The translations under genes were made by a program, and so were the position numbers. Under the pieces are notes generated by a model. The model was not told the origin of the DNA. It saw nothing but the letters and a program-made list of their open reading frames with translations, and did not search any database. From positions 13,669 through 36,482 of the forward strand of contig CAZEBC010000020.1 in the NCBI GenBank assembly GCA_964510165.1: a stretch of DNA of 22,814 nt. The letters are read 5' to 3'. Below are positions 1-8,421 of this stretch, piece by piece. The first letter of the stretch is position 1. Each line of letters begins with the position of its first letter. The stretch is from an uncultured bacterium (GTDB lineage: Bacteria; Abyssobacteria; SURF-5).

Positions 1-28
1 AGCCCCAAGCCAGTTTCGAGCCTATCAT
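1..28 (-). CDS. Possible N-terminus of a gene running off the left edge (MIGSKLAWG...)
   Basis: ATG at 28 with GGGA 8 nt upstream; frame open to the edge; candidate promoter at 78-107 points this way. Only 9 codons are visible. Confidence 0.25.
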
Positions 29-77
29 CGTTGCCGTCCCGCTGTGTCGGTTGCGTTCATCGGATGCGGACGAGAAT

Positions 78-107
78 ATGTTACACAAGAAAGATTTCGA
101 TTGGCAA
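78..107 (-). promoter_or_regulatory. Candidate sigma70-type promoter directed leftward
   Basis: TTGCCA (107-102), 18 bp spacer, TAACAT (83-78) in an AT-richer intergenic gap. Confidence 0.35.
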
Positions 108-154
108 TGCTTTGGCTCGACATCTTCTGAAATCTGGAGTCGAGGGGTGACGTC

Positions 155-814
155 TTATCCGGCGGTCTCGGAGGGGATTCGCTGTCTGTGGCCGCATGCT
201 TTGCACTGGGCCTTTCGGCCAGCGAGCGACGCGCTCACGGTGTACCGTTTTCCGCATTCGGGACATTCAAAGCTGATTTTCTCCTGTAAGGGCGCAGGTT
301 CTTGGCTTGGCTGCGGCGGGGCCTCCTTGACGGTGTCGGCGTGGCTATCGGGCTGGCCGCCCGATGATACCGCCACGAAAGCCGCGTCAAATTCTTCTTT
401 CCCGACATTCTGGGCGACAACGCTGGCATACAGACAGATCACGAGAATGATGCCAAACGAGAGCGAGAAGAAGTCGGAGAGGCCGTCCGCGGAGAGGCCA
501 TATGCGATGGGGAGGAGCCACACGACTATCTTTCCCCACATGGCGGCGAGCCATCGTCCCCATCCGGAGAGCAGGATCAGTCCGAGGCCGCTTGCCGCTG
601 CCGACCCCCAGCCGACGGCGACCGCCACGATGCCGAGAATGCCGCCGACCAGTCTGGCGGCGGAGCCGGGCAGATTCATGCCCTGGGCTGCCGTGATGGC
701 GCCGAGTATCATGTAGATGCCGAGGGCGAGGTTAATGGCGCCGAAGATGCGCACTGCCTTGACGGCCTGCGCCCGTGTTGGAGGAGTATCGCGCTTATGC
801 GTCTTTCGCGCCAT
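155..814 (-). CDS. Hypothetical membrane protein (~4 TM helices) with C-terminal zinc-ribbon domain
   Basis: Four hydrophobic segments, a Pro/Gln-rich linker, then CPECG-x(15)-CKACG. Confidence 0.8.
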   Translation of the reverse strand: MARKTHKRDTPPTRAQAVKAVRIFGAINLALGIYMILGAITAAQGMNLPGSAARLVGGILGIVAVAVGWGSAAASGLGLILLSGWGRWLAAMWGKIVVWLLPIAYGLSADGLSDFFSLSFGIILVICLYASVVAQNVGKEEFDAAFVAVSSGGQPDSHADTVKEAPPQPSQEPAPLQEKISFECPECGKRYTVSASLAGRKAQCKACGHRQRIPSETAG

Positions 815-886
815 TTCAAGTCACCTGCCGGTCGTATTTGCAGAAAGAGGGTCGTGATGCATTCAAATGCTTTGAGTCGTCTGTGG

Positions 887-901
887 TGTGATTGTATCAC
901 A
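887..901 (-). promoter_or_regulatory. Extended -10 promoter (TGnTACAAT) overlapped by a palindrome, upstream of the zinc-ribbon gene
   Basis: Minus strand reads TGTGA-TACAAT (-10 at 896-891); plus strand TGTGAT-TGT-ATCACA is an inverted repeat; no good -35. Confidence 0.4.
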
Positions 902-921
902 TCGGACACGAAGAGGGAAGG

Positions 922-952
922 AAAAAGAATGACGCAAGCGAAAATTCTTTTT
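922..952. terminator. Weak AT-rich inverted repeat, possible terminator of the nfeD-SPFH-kinase unit
   Basis: AAAAAGAAT (922-930) / ATTCTTTTT (944-952), followed on the minus strand by a pyrimidine-rich run. Confidence 0.25.
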
Positions 953-953
953 A

Positions 954-990
954 AACCACCGAGTCACAAAGGGTATCAAGCGACACCAAG
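954..990 (+). repeat. Degenerate CACnAAG tandem-unit intergenic element, copy 1
   Basis: AACCACCGAGTCACAAAGGGTATCAAG is 21/27 identical to 4773-4799, followed by a further unit CGACACCAAG. Confidence 0.55.
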
Positions 991-1003
991 AAGGAACGGG
1001 GTT

Positions 1004-1954
1004 TCAGGCTGAGAGCAGCCGCTCGGCGCGGGCGATGAGCCAGTCGCGGTGGAAGGGAGTGTGCCAGGGGTTGCGGGCGATGCGGAGCAGGCCAAGGGCG
1101 GTGAAGTAGCGCTCGCGGGCGGAGTCGATAGGGGGCTTGTAGGCCGCGCGAAAGGCTTCGGCCAACTCCGCGGCTGCTTTGGGCTGTCCGCAGTGGCTGG
1201 CCATGTGGATGAAGTCGGCGAGCAGGAATCCGATGTCGAGGTGTGGGTCGCCGCGTCCGAGGCGTTCGAGGTCTATTGCGACGGCGGTCCCTGATGGCTC
1301 GACGATAAAGTTGGTGGGGTTCGCGTCGCCGTGGACGAGACGGTCGCTGGAGAGACTGAGGCGCTCTCGTGCCGAGCGGAGGAGTAATGCCAAGGGCCGG
1401 ACCTTGCCGCCTGTGAGACCGCCGAGCGTCTCGATGATCTTGTCGGGATAGGTCTCCTCACAGGAAGACGTGATGCCAATCCTCGGCGTTGAGACGCTGT
1501 GTATGTGCGCGAGGCAGCGCGCGACGGCGGTCGCCGCAGAAAACGGGGGAGAGGGGTTAAGGCTCTTTTTGAGGCCCCGTCTAATGAGACTGCCGAGGTT
1601 GACGCCTTGGACGTATTCGAGCGCGAGCGCGGCAGGCGGCTCGGAGCGAGACTCCAGCATGCGGGCGGTTCTATCGGGGTTGCGGCATAACTCCAGCTCA
1701 TGGCAAAGGGCGAATCGTTCAGCCTCTCGGCGTGCGCGGAGCAGCGCGAGGGCCGGGTCGCAATCGGAGTCGCGCCAATATTCCTTGAGCACGAGGCTTA
1801 CGTCGTTATCGAACCGGTAGAGTGCGGGCCGGTGGGAGGGGGAGAGTCTTTGGAGCGAGGCAATGGATGGGGAAGGCGTGCCGTTCAGCCCTGAGGCAAG
1901 TTGGAGCACCCATCGGTTGATGGTGTGTTCGGGAGTGAGGGCGGTGGCTGTCAT
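1004..1954 (-). CDS. Aminoglycoside phosphotransferase/choline kinase-like (APH family) phosphotransferase
   Basis: VLKEY (ATP-binding Lys), LALEYVQG hinge, HGDANPTN catalytic loop, IDLE metal-binding motif, GDPHLDIG. Confidence 0.85.
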   Translation of the reverse strand: MTATALTPEHTINRWVLQLASGLNGTPSPSIASLQRLSPSHRPALYRFDNDVSLVLKEYWRDSDCDPALALLRARREAERFALCHELELCRNPDRTARMLESRSEPPAALALEYVQGVNLGSLIRRGLKKSLNPSPPFSAATAVARCLAHIHSVSTPRIGITSSCEETYPDKIIETLGGLTGGKVRPLALLLRSARERLSLSSDRLVHGDANPTNFIVEPSGTAVAIDLERLGRGDPHLDIGFLLADFIHMASHCGQPKAAAELAEAFRAAYKPPIDSARERYFTALGLLRIARNPWHTPFHRDWLIARAERLLSA

Positions 1955-1990
1955 ACGGTCCCGGGTCGAATACGACGTGTTTGTGGATAA

Positions 1991-2015
1991 GGGCAGCCGC
2001 GAGGCCTGCCCCTAC
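1991..2015 (-). repeat. GTAG-type REP-like palindrome
   Basis: Minus strand GTAG-GGGCAG-G-CC-TCGC-GG-CTGCCC: GTAG tetranucleotide followed by an imperfect GC-rich hairpin, intergenic. Confidence 0.65.
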
Positions 2016-2033
2016 GTCACACATCCCCATAGT

Positions 2034-2804
2034 TTAGGGCTTTTGTTCCTCTTTCTTGATTTCCGCCTTGAAGAAGGGGCGGAACAGGTCAATGGGGATC
2101 GGGAGCACGGTCGTGGTGTTCTTCTCGGAAGCTACCTCGGACATGGTTTGTATGAAGCGCATTTGGAGTGACATCGGATGCTCCTCCATCATGGTGGCTG
2201 CTTCGACAAGCTTTTGGGCGGCCTGGAATTCGCCTTCCGCGTTGATAATTTTGGCGCGTCGTTCGCGCTCGGCGACTGCCTGCCGCGCAATGGCGCGCTG
2301 CATCTCTGTGGGCAGGTCCACGTGTTTGACTTCGACGTTGGTGACCTTGATACCCCAGGGGTCGGTCTGGCGGTCGAGGATGGTTTGGAGTTCATGATTG
2401 ACCTTGTCGCGTTCGGCGAGGAGTTCGTCGAGGTCGGAGCGTCCGATGACGGCCCGCAGCGTGGTCTGCGCCATCTGAGAGGTGGCGAAGAGGTAGTTCT
2501 CGACTTCGATGACGGAGCGGCTGGGCTCCATCACGCGGAAATAGGCGACGGCGTTGACCTTGACTGAGACGTTATCGCGCGTGATGACGTCCTGTGGCGG
2601 CACATCGAGCGCGATCAGCCTGAGGCTCACCCGAACCATCCGGTCAATGGGCCAGAACACGAGAATGATTCCTGGTCCCTTCGGTTTATCCAAGACTCGG
2701 CCGAGCCTGAAGATGACACCGCGCTCGTATTCGTTCAGAATCTTGATCCAGTTGAAAAGGAAGAGGGCCACTACCAGAACTACAATCAAGAGCGGCAGAT
2801 ACAT
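2034..2804 (-). CDS. SPFH/band 7 (slipin/stomatin-like) membrane protein
   Basis: [67 protein letters not shown]; strong SD AAGGAGG; directly downstream of nfeD. Confidence 0.97.
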   Translation of the reverse strand: MYLPLLIVVLVVALFLFNWIKILNEYERGVIFRLGRVLDKPKGPGIILVFWPIDRMVRVSLRLIALDVPPQDVITRDNVSVKVNAVAYFRVMEPSRSVIEVENYLFATSQMAQTTLRAVIGRSDLDELLAERDKVNHELQTILDRQTDPWGIKVTNVEVKHVDLPTEMQRAIARQAVAERERRAKIINAEGEFQAAQKLVEAATMMEEHPMSLQMRFIQTMSEVASEKNTTTVLPIPIDLFRPFFKAEIKKEEQKP

Positions 2805-2841
2805 GAGAGAGTCCTCCTTTAATCGGTTGAGGGGGCCTGCT

Positions 2842-4302
2842 TCAGGATTCGAGCGGTTCCACTTCCAATAGCATTCCGTCCGCTTTCAGCACCTTGACCT
2901 TTTCGCCCTTCTTGATGGGCTTGGCGCTGTGGGCGTTCCATATTTCGCCATGTACAAAAATCTTGCCATCAGGCGAGATGTCGGTCTCGGCGGCGCCGAC
3001 AAGCCCGACGAAGGCATCCATTCCGGTGGAACTTCTCCGCGAGTGTGCTCGGATGACCAGAGTGACCAGGAACGCGAAGATGGCGGCAGTAGTAAAGACC
3101 ATAGGAAAGATGACCGAGTACGAAACCCGCATGAACTCGAATGGCGTATCGATCAGCATGATGGAGCCGAGGGTCATGCACACCAGGCCGCCAAGGGTGA
3201 GGAGACCGTAGCTGGCGACTTTGACCTCCGCGACGAAGAGTGCGAGCGCGAGTATGATGAGTAATACTCCGGCGTAGTTGACGGGCAGTGCCTGGAACGA
3301 GTAGAAGGCAAGTATCAGGCAGATGGCGCCCGCGACACCCGGGAACCCGATGCCGGGATGGGTTACCTCGAACAGGAGTCCAAAGAAGCCGAGCATCATC
3401 AGGATGTACGCGATGTTGGGATGCGAGATGGCGTTGAGGACCCTTTGTCGGAAGGTCATATCGTGCCGCACGATGCGCGCATCTTTGGTGTTGAGGGTGA
3501 CGACCTCATCAGGGAGGGTGACCTCTCGGCCGTCGATTTTCTGGAGCAGATCGTCGAGGTCCGCGGCGACCAGGTCGACGACGTTCTTCTCGAATGCCTC
3601 GGTTTCGGTGATGGACTCGCTCTTGGTGACGGCTCTGACGGCCCAGTCGGCGTTTCTGCCGCGTAGTTCCGCAATGGCGCGGGTCCACGCGACGGTATCC
3701 TTGAGGACTTTCTCGCCCATGGTGTCACCGGGAGATTCGAGTTCTTCTTCCGGCTCCGCCTCGTCACTCACAGGCTCTTCCGGTTCCGGTTGCTCGCCAG
3801 GCTGTTCCGGTTCGTCGGTCTTCTTTTCAGCCTCCTCCTGCTCGCGCTCCATTTGGCGGAGCTTCTTTTCGAGTTCCTTGAAGGCCTCGCGCCAGCCTTC
3901 CTGATCGCCGCCGATGTCCACAGGGTGCGCGGCGCCGATGTTAGTAGAGGGCGCCATGGCGGCGATGTGCGCAGCGATGGTTATGAATACGCCTGCCGAA
4001 CCGGCGCGCGAACCGCTGGGCGCGACATAGACGACTATGGGAATTTTCGCATTCAGTTCATCCTTCACGATCTTGCGCGTTGCGGTGAGGAGGCCGCCGG
4101 GCGTATCAAGCTGGATGATAAGGGCCTCGGCGCGATCGTTCTCTGCGGCTTTGATGGATCGAGAGATGTACTCTGAGGTGGCCGGGTTAATAATGTCATC
4201 GTTGATAGTGATGACATAGACGAACTTATCCTGCGCGGAGACTGAAGCGACAATCAGCGAGAAGAGCGCGATGAAAATCAAGAAGAGCGATATTCGACGC
4301 AT
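2842..4302 (-). CDS. nfeD: Long-form NfeD: membrane-bound ClpP-class serine protease with TM region and C-terminal OB fold
   Basis: Signal peptide; [45 protein letters not shown] block; [12 protein letters not shown]; canonical pairing with an SPFH gene. Confidence 0.95.
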   Translation of the reverse strand: MRRISLFLIFIALFSLIVASVSAQDKFVYVITINDDIINPATSEYISRSIKAAENDRAEALIIQLDTPGGLLTATRKIVKDELNAKIPIVVYVAPSGSRAGSAGVFITIAAHIAAMAPSTNIGAAHPVDIGGDQEGWREAFKELEKKLRQMEREQEEAEKKTDEPEQPGEQPEPEEPVSDEAEPEEELESPGDTMGEKVLKDTVAWTRAIAELRGRNADWAVRAVTKSESITETEAFEKNVVDLVAADLDDLLQKIDGREVTLPDEVVTLNTKDARIVRHDMTFRQRVLNAISHPNIAYILMMLGFFGLLFEVTHPGIGFPGVAGAICLILAFYSFQALPVNYAGVLLIILALALFVAEVKVASYGLLTLGGLVCMTLGSIMLIDTPFEFMRVSYSVIFPMVFTTAAIFAFLVTLVIRAHSRRSSTGMDAFVGLVGAAETDISPDGKIFVHGEIWNAHSAKPIKKGEKVKVLKADGMLLEVEPLES

Positions 4303-4352
4303 GGCGGTTTTGTGAAATTCTCCACCCTTTAACTATGCGGTAACCTCCCTCT

Positions 4353-4381
4353 ATTATAATCCCGGCCTGACCGGTTGTCTA
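4353..4381 (-). promoter_or_regulatory. sigma70 promoter for nfeD-SPFH
   Basis: TAGACA (4381-4376), 17 bp, TATAAT (4358-4353). Confidence 0.75.
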
Positions 4382-4391
4382 GCGAGTTGTT

Positions 4392-4420
4392 TTGACGAAT
4401 GTGTCGCTGAGGGGTATAAT
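4392..4420 (+). promoter_or_regulatory. sigma70 promoter for the plus-strand unit
   Basis: TTGACG (4392-4397), 17 bp, TATAAT (4415-4420). Confidence 0.8.
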
Positions 4421-4449
4421 CGAGCGATTAACGTTGAAAGGAGGGCGCA

Positions 4450-4764
4450 ATGAGGATCGGCATCAGAGTGATGGTCTGTGCAACCGTGGTGGCGGTGTTT
4501 CTGGCCTTTGTGTGTAAGGCTGCGGGCGCCGAGCTTCGTTCTGTCGTTCAGAGCGATGAGAAGTCATCGGTGGTGGTTGTTCATATTTATGACGAAGCCC
4601 AAGGCGAGAGCGCTGTGGGTTCGGAGTCGGGTCGCCAGCGGGAGTGTCCGTTCAAGAGCCTGGTCAATGGGTTCTTTGGGTCCGGCTGCAACGTCAACTA
4701 TCGGTTGACCGGTTGGATTTTGAGCGACAAGTGCGACGTGGGTCCGATGAAGGAGCCGTTTTAG
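4450..4764 (+). CDS. Hypothetical small exported protein (104 aa)
   Basis: Near-consensus promoter, strong SD AAAGGAGG, signal-peptide-like N-terminus ending AAGA; no family recognised. Confidence 0.7.
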   Translation: MRIGIRVMVCATVVAVFLAFVCKAAGAELRSVVQSDEKSSVVVVHIYDEAQGESAVGSESGRQRECPFKSLVNGFFGSGCNVNYRLTGWILSDKCDVGPMKEPF

Positions 4765-4816
4765 GTTGTATGAACCACCAAGACACGAAGGACAGCAAGA
4801 AAGCGCGATTTAGGTT
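4760..4816 (+). repeat. CACnAAG tandem-unit element, copy 2, flanked by 8-bp direct repeats TTTAGGTT
   Basis: AACCACCAAGACACGAAGGACAGCAAG at 4773-4799; TTTAGGTT at 4760-4767 and 4809-4816. Confidence 0.55.
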
Positions 4817-7216
4817 TTGAGAAAGATTTCAATTGCAGTTGTGAGTGTGGCGGTTTTCCTTGCGATCGGTGTGGTTGCCGCATATATCTGGGTTCGGCTG
4901 GAACTGAGGAAGTCGCTGCCTCAACTCTCCGGCGCGGTCACTCTGGAGGGCATCTCCGAGCAGGTGACCATATATCGTGACGCGCACGGCATCCCGCACA
5001 TCCACGCGCGCAACCGGAACGACTTGATGTTTGCGGTCGGCTATGTGAGCGCGCAGGACCGCTTGTGGCAGATGGATGTGACGAGGAGGGCGGCGACGGG
5101 GAGGCTTGCGGAACTATTCGGCGAGAGGCTCATCGAGGCCGACCTGCTGGTGCGCATCCTGGGGTTCGAGCACACCGCGAAACGCCAGTTGTCTGTTCTA
5201 TCCCCGGACACGCTGGCCGCTTTACAAGCATTTTCCGATGGCGTCAATGCAGGCATGGAGCGCCTGGCTGCGTTGCCGCCGGAGTTCCGGCTGCTGAAGT
5301 ATCGGCCGGAGCCCTGGCAGCCGTCGGATGCCTTGGTCATCTCGCGGCTGCTCGCCTGGCAGCTATCAAAAGATTATGAGAGCGAACTGATCCTGGCCAA
5401 ACTGTCGGCAAAGCTGGGCGCGGGCATGGCGGCGGAGCTTGGTCCGACGTATCCTTCCGGCGGACCATTTATCATCGCGGCGGGCGAATTGGAAAGGGAA
5501 GTTGACACCACATTCCTGGAGCGTTCTTCGGGTGTGCTCGAGGAGTTCATCGGGCATCCGGGCGGGAGCAACAGTTGGGTGATAGGGCCGTCTCTGACAA
5601 AGAATGGGGCGCCCATCCTCGCGAATGATCCGCACCTAAGCGGCACCCGGATGCCGTCAATATGGTACTACGTCCACCTCGTGGGCGGCGGCTATGACGT
5701 GATCGGCGGCCTCGTGCCGGGTATGCCCTTGCCGTTGGTCGGCCATAACCGGAGAATCGGGTGGGGCCTCACCAACATGACGGCGGACATTCAGGATATC
5801 TTCATCGAGCGGCTGAACCCGAATGACCCGCTGCAATACGAATATGACGGCAGATGGGTGGACATGGACACGAGGCTGGAACGCATCGGTTTCCGCAACG
5901 AAGAAGGAAAGCTCTCCGTCATTGTCCGACAGGTCCGCCGGACGATACACGGGCCTCTGATGAACGAGGTGGTCCCCGGCATCGCTCACGCCGTCAGCCT
6001 GTGCTGGACCGGATTTGAGCCTACGCCGGAATTCGAGGCGCTGCCGCGCGTCTGCCTTTCCGAGAATTGGGCGGAATTCCGAGAGGCGCTCCGCGATTTC
6101 GGGGCGGCCCCGCAGAACTTTATTTATGCCGATGTCGAGGGCAACATCGGCTATCAGGGGGCGGGAATTGTTCCGGTTCGCCCGAGCGGAAGCAGCCCGC
6201 TTCCGCGCGACGGTTGGAAGAGCGAGGCCGGGTGGTACGGGCGGATTCCGTTTGAGGAGATGCCATATGCGCTCAATCCGCGAGCCGGCTACATCGTGAC
6301 GGCGAACAATCGTGTGGTCGGTGAGGAGTATCGGCATTTCATATCGGCGTATTGGGCGCCGCGATTCAGATACGCGAGAATCGCCGAACTCATAGAGAAG
6401 AATGGTCCTCATGATTCCGATGGTGTCGCGAGGATGCAGTCCGACACAGCCTCTCTCCTCGCTCCGCTGATTGTCGAGAGAGTGATGCCTGCGTTTAGGA
6501 ATCTTCAGGAACCCGCCGGGCGCGAGGCGGCGGAGCGGCTGAGGCAATGGGACTTTGACAATACCGCCGACAGCGTGGCCGCTACCATATACCACGAGTT
6601 TCTCCTGACGTTTGCGAAGAACACTTTTGCCGACGAGATGGGCAATGACCTGTCTGAGGAATATCTGACGGACTACTACCTGTGGATCGAGCGGTTTGTT
6701 GAATTCATGGAAAAGGATTCGCCTTGGTTTGATGACAAGCGGACAAAGGACATCGAGAGCATCGAGGACATTTCGCTGCGCAGCTTTGAAGAGGCGGTCA
6801 CATCGCTCCAGAGACGATTTGGGAAAGATATTTCCGAATGGAAGTGGGGGCGCGCCCACAGGCTGGAATTCAAACATCCGCTCGACCGCAACCGCTTCGC
6901 GAGACGGCTATTAAATGTCGGGCCGTTTCCGTTTCCCGGTGACGGCGAAACGGTGAACCGAGCCACGTTCGAGTTTGACAAACCGTATGATGTGTCCATG
7001 GTGGCCTCGATTCGGCACATTATGGATTTTTCGCGGTTGGATCGGGTTTTGGGAATCCACACGACCGGCCAGTCGGGCAACCCTGCAAGCAGGCACTACA
7101 GCGATTTTGCGGAGAAATGGCTGGCGGGTGAGTATGTCACTTTGACAATGGACGCGGCGGATTATGCGGATTCGGAAGAGGTCTTGACGCTTGTGCCGAA
7201 GCGTGAAGAGAATTAA
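4817..7216 (+). CDS. Penicillin acylase family protein (Ntn-hydrolase, peptidase S45), N-terminally membrane-anchored
   Basis: RDAHGIPHIHA, GYVSAQDRLWQMD, GRLAELFG, GSNSW (beta-chain nucleophile Ser at 5567), ILANDPHL, QNFIYADVEGNIGY, TANN, GQSGNPASRHYSD. TTG start uncertain. Confidence 0.95.
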   Translation: MRKISIAVVSVAVFLAIGVVAAYIWVRLELRKSLPQLSGAVTLEGISEQVTIYRDAHGIPHIHARNRNDLMFAVGYVSAQDRLWQMDVTRRAATGRLAELFGERLIEADLLVRILGFEHTAKRQLSVLSPDTLAALQAFSDGVNAGMERLAALPPEFRLLKYRPEPWQPSDALVISRLLAWQLSKDYESELILAKLSAKLGAGMAAELGPTYPSGGPFIIAAGELEREVDTTFLERSSGVLEEFIGHPGGSNSWVIGPSLTKNGAPILANDPHLSGTRMPSIWYYVHLVGGGYDVIGGLVPGMPLPLVGHNRRIGWGLTNMTADIQDIFIERLNPNDPLQYEYDGRWVDMDTRLERIGFRNEEGKLSVIVRQVRRTIHGPLMNEVVPGIAHAVSLCWTGFEPTPEFEALPRVCLSENWAEFREALRDFGAAPQNFIYADVEGNIGYQGAGIVPVRPSGSSPLPRDGWKSEAGWYGRIPFEEMPYALNPRAGYIVTANNRVVGEEYRHFISAYWAPRFRYARIAELIEKNGPHDSDGVARMQSDTASLLAPLIVERVMPAFRNLQEPAGREAAERLRQWDFDNTADSVAATIYHEFLLTFAKNTFADEMGNDLSEEYLTDYYLWIERFVEFMEKDSPWFDDKRTKDIESIEDISLRSFEEAVTSLQRRFGKDISEWKWGRAHRLEFKHPLDRNRFARRLLNVGPFPFPGDGETVNRATFEFDKPYDVSMVASIRHIMDFSRLDRVLGIHTTGQSGNPASRHYSDFAEKWLAGEYVTLTMDAADYADSEEVLTLVPKREEN

Positions 7217-7254
7217 TCGGGGACACGATGCAGCATCATGTCTCCGACTAATTC
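7210..7254. repeat. 21-bp imperfect inverted repeat (REP-like hairpin) overlapping the acylase stop codon
   Basis: GAATTAATCGGGGACACGATG-cag-CATCATGTCTCCGACTAATTC; arms 18/21 complementary; no U-tract. Confidence 0.8.
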
Positions 7255-7278
7255 GAGCAAATAGCGCAAGGGAATGAT

Positions 7279-8421
7279 ATGCAGACGGCCATTGGAGAAC
7301 AGTTCAGCAATATAGTGAAGCAGCGAAACGAATACCTGGTCGATTTGAAGATGAGGACGGGCACAAAGGTCTTCGGCTATTTTTGCAGCTATACGCCGGT
7401 CGAATTGATTCGCGCCGCGGGAATACACCCGGTGCGTCTGTTTGGAGGAACTGAAGACATCACGCAGGCCGACACGCTTGTGCAGAGCTTTGTGTGTCCA
7501 TTTGTGAGAGGAGTGCTCGACACCGCGCTGAAGGGAGGGTTCGACTACCTCGACGGCATCGTGCACGCTTACACGTGCGACGCCACCTGCGGGCTGTTCG
7601 GCATCTGGCAACGCAACATCAAGACGGAATTCACGTACATGTTCGCGCCTCCTTATTTTCTGAGCGAGGGCGCGCTTCGATATTATGTGAACGAACTGAA
7701 CAAACTGAAGAAAGCGCTGGAAGAGTATGTCAGCGCCCCGATTTCAGATGAGTCTATCTCCCGGAGCATTGAGACCCATAACCGACAGCGAGCGGCACTC
7801 TCACGGCTCTATTCCGTCCGGGCCGCCAATCCGTCGCCGATAGCAGGGAGCGACGTGCTCGACGCCGTGCTTTGCGGGGCGATTATGCCGCCCGAGGAAC
7901 ACTCGCAAATGACGGAGGCGCTGATTGGCGAGATACTTAGGCCGGTCGGATGCGGCCAGGATGCGCATAGAGTGTTCATTTCGGGAAGTGAATTGCACGA
8001 CTCGGAAATCCTAAGGGTTATTGAAGAAGCCGGGGCGACCATTGTTGGCGACGACCTCTGCACCGGTGCGCGGGGGTTCTCGGGCCTGGTCGAGGGCGAC
8101 GGCGGTCCGCTCGAGAGACTGGCGCGGCGATATCTCGGGCGCGTGCCGTGTCCGAGCCGGCTGCCGTTCCGGCGACGACTTGAGTTCATACTTGAGCGCA
8201 TGCGCGAGTCGCGGGCGCAGGCCGTCATATTCATCATTCAGAAGTTTTGCGACCCGCATCTCGCGGAGCATCCGCTGCTCAGCGACGTGCTCAAAGGAGC
8301 CGGAATCCCGAATATGGTGATAGAGACCGAGCACCGAGTCGGCGCCAATCGCGAGCAGATACGGACGCGCGTGCAGGGATTTCTGGAGATGCTTGGGGTG
8401 GGGACATCGGGGGCGCCATGA
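7279..8421 (+). CDS. 2-hydroxyacyl-CoA dehydratase / benzoyl-CoA reductase subunit (HgdB/FldC/BcrC-like, [4Fe-4S])
   Basis: GYFCSYTPVELIRAAG, CPFVRG, YTCD, GDDLCTG, CP, KFCDPH, QIRTRVQGFLEML. Confidence 0.92.
   Translation: MQTAIGEQFSNIVKQRNEYLVDLKMRTGTKVFGYFCSYTPVELIRAAGIHPVRLFGGTEDITQADTLVQSFVCPFVRGVLDTALKGGFDYLDGIVHAYTCDATCGLFGIWQRNIKTEFTYMFAPPYFLSEGALRYYVNELNKLKKALEEYVSAPISDESISRSIETHNRQRAALSRLYSVRAANPSPIAGSDVLDAVLCGAIMPPEEHSQMTEALIGEILRPVGCGQDAHRVFISGSELHDSEILRVIEEAGATIVGDDLCTGARGFSGLVEGDGGPLERLARRYLGRVPCPSRLPFRRRLEFILERMRESRAQAVIFIIQKFCDPHLAEHPLLSDVLKGAGIPNMVIETEHRVGANREQIRTRVQGFLEMLGVGTSGAP

Noticed and set aside
25..60. 11-codon minus-strand uORF (MNATDTAGRQR) overlapping ATG 28
   Set aside because: No SD and no telling composition; expected by chance.
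51..716. 221-aa plus-strand ORF
   Set aside because: Antisense shadow of the TM/zinc-ribbon gene; no motifs or SD.
887..901. Canonical CRP site
   Set aside because: The spacer between TGTGA and TCACA is 5 bp, whereas CRP needs 6; kept only as a generic palindrome.
1004..1954. Aminoglycoside resistance gene
   Set aside because: Only the general APH/choline-kinase motifs are visible; nothing indicates an antibiotic substrate.
5657..6877. 406-aa minus-strand ORF
   Set aside because: Antisense to the well-supported acylase; a typical stop-poor shadow frame in GC-rich DNA.
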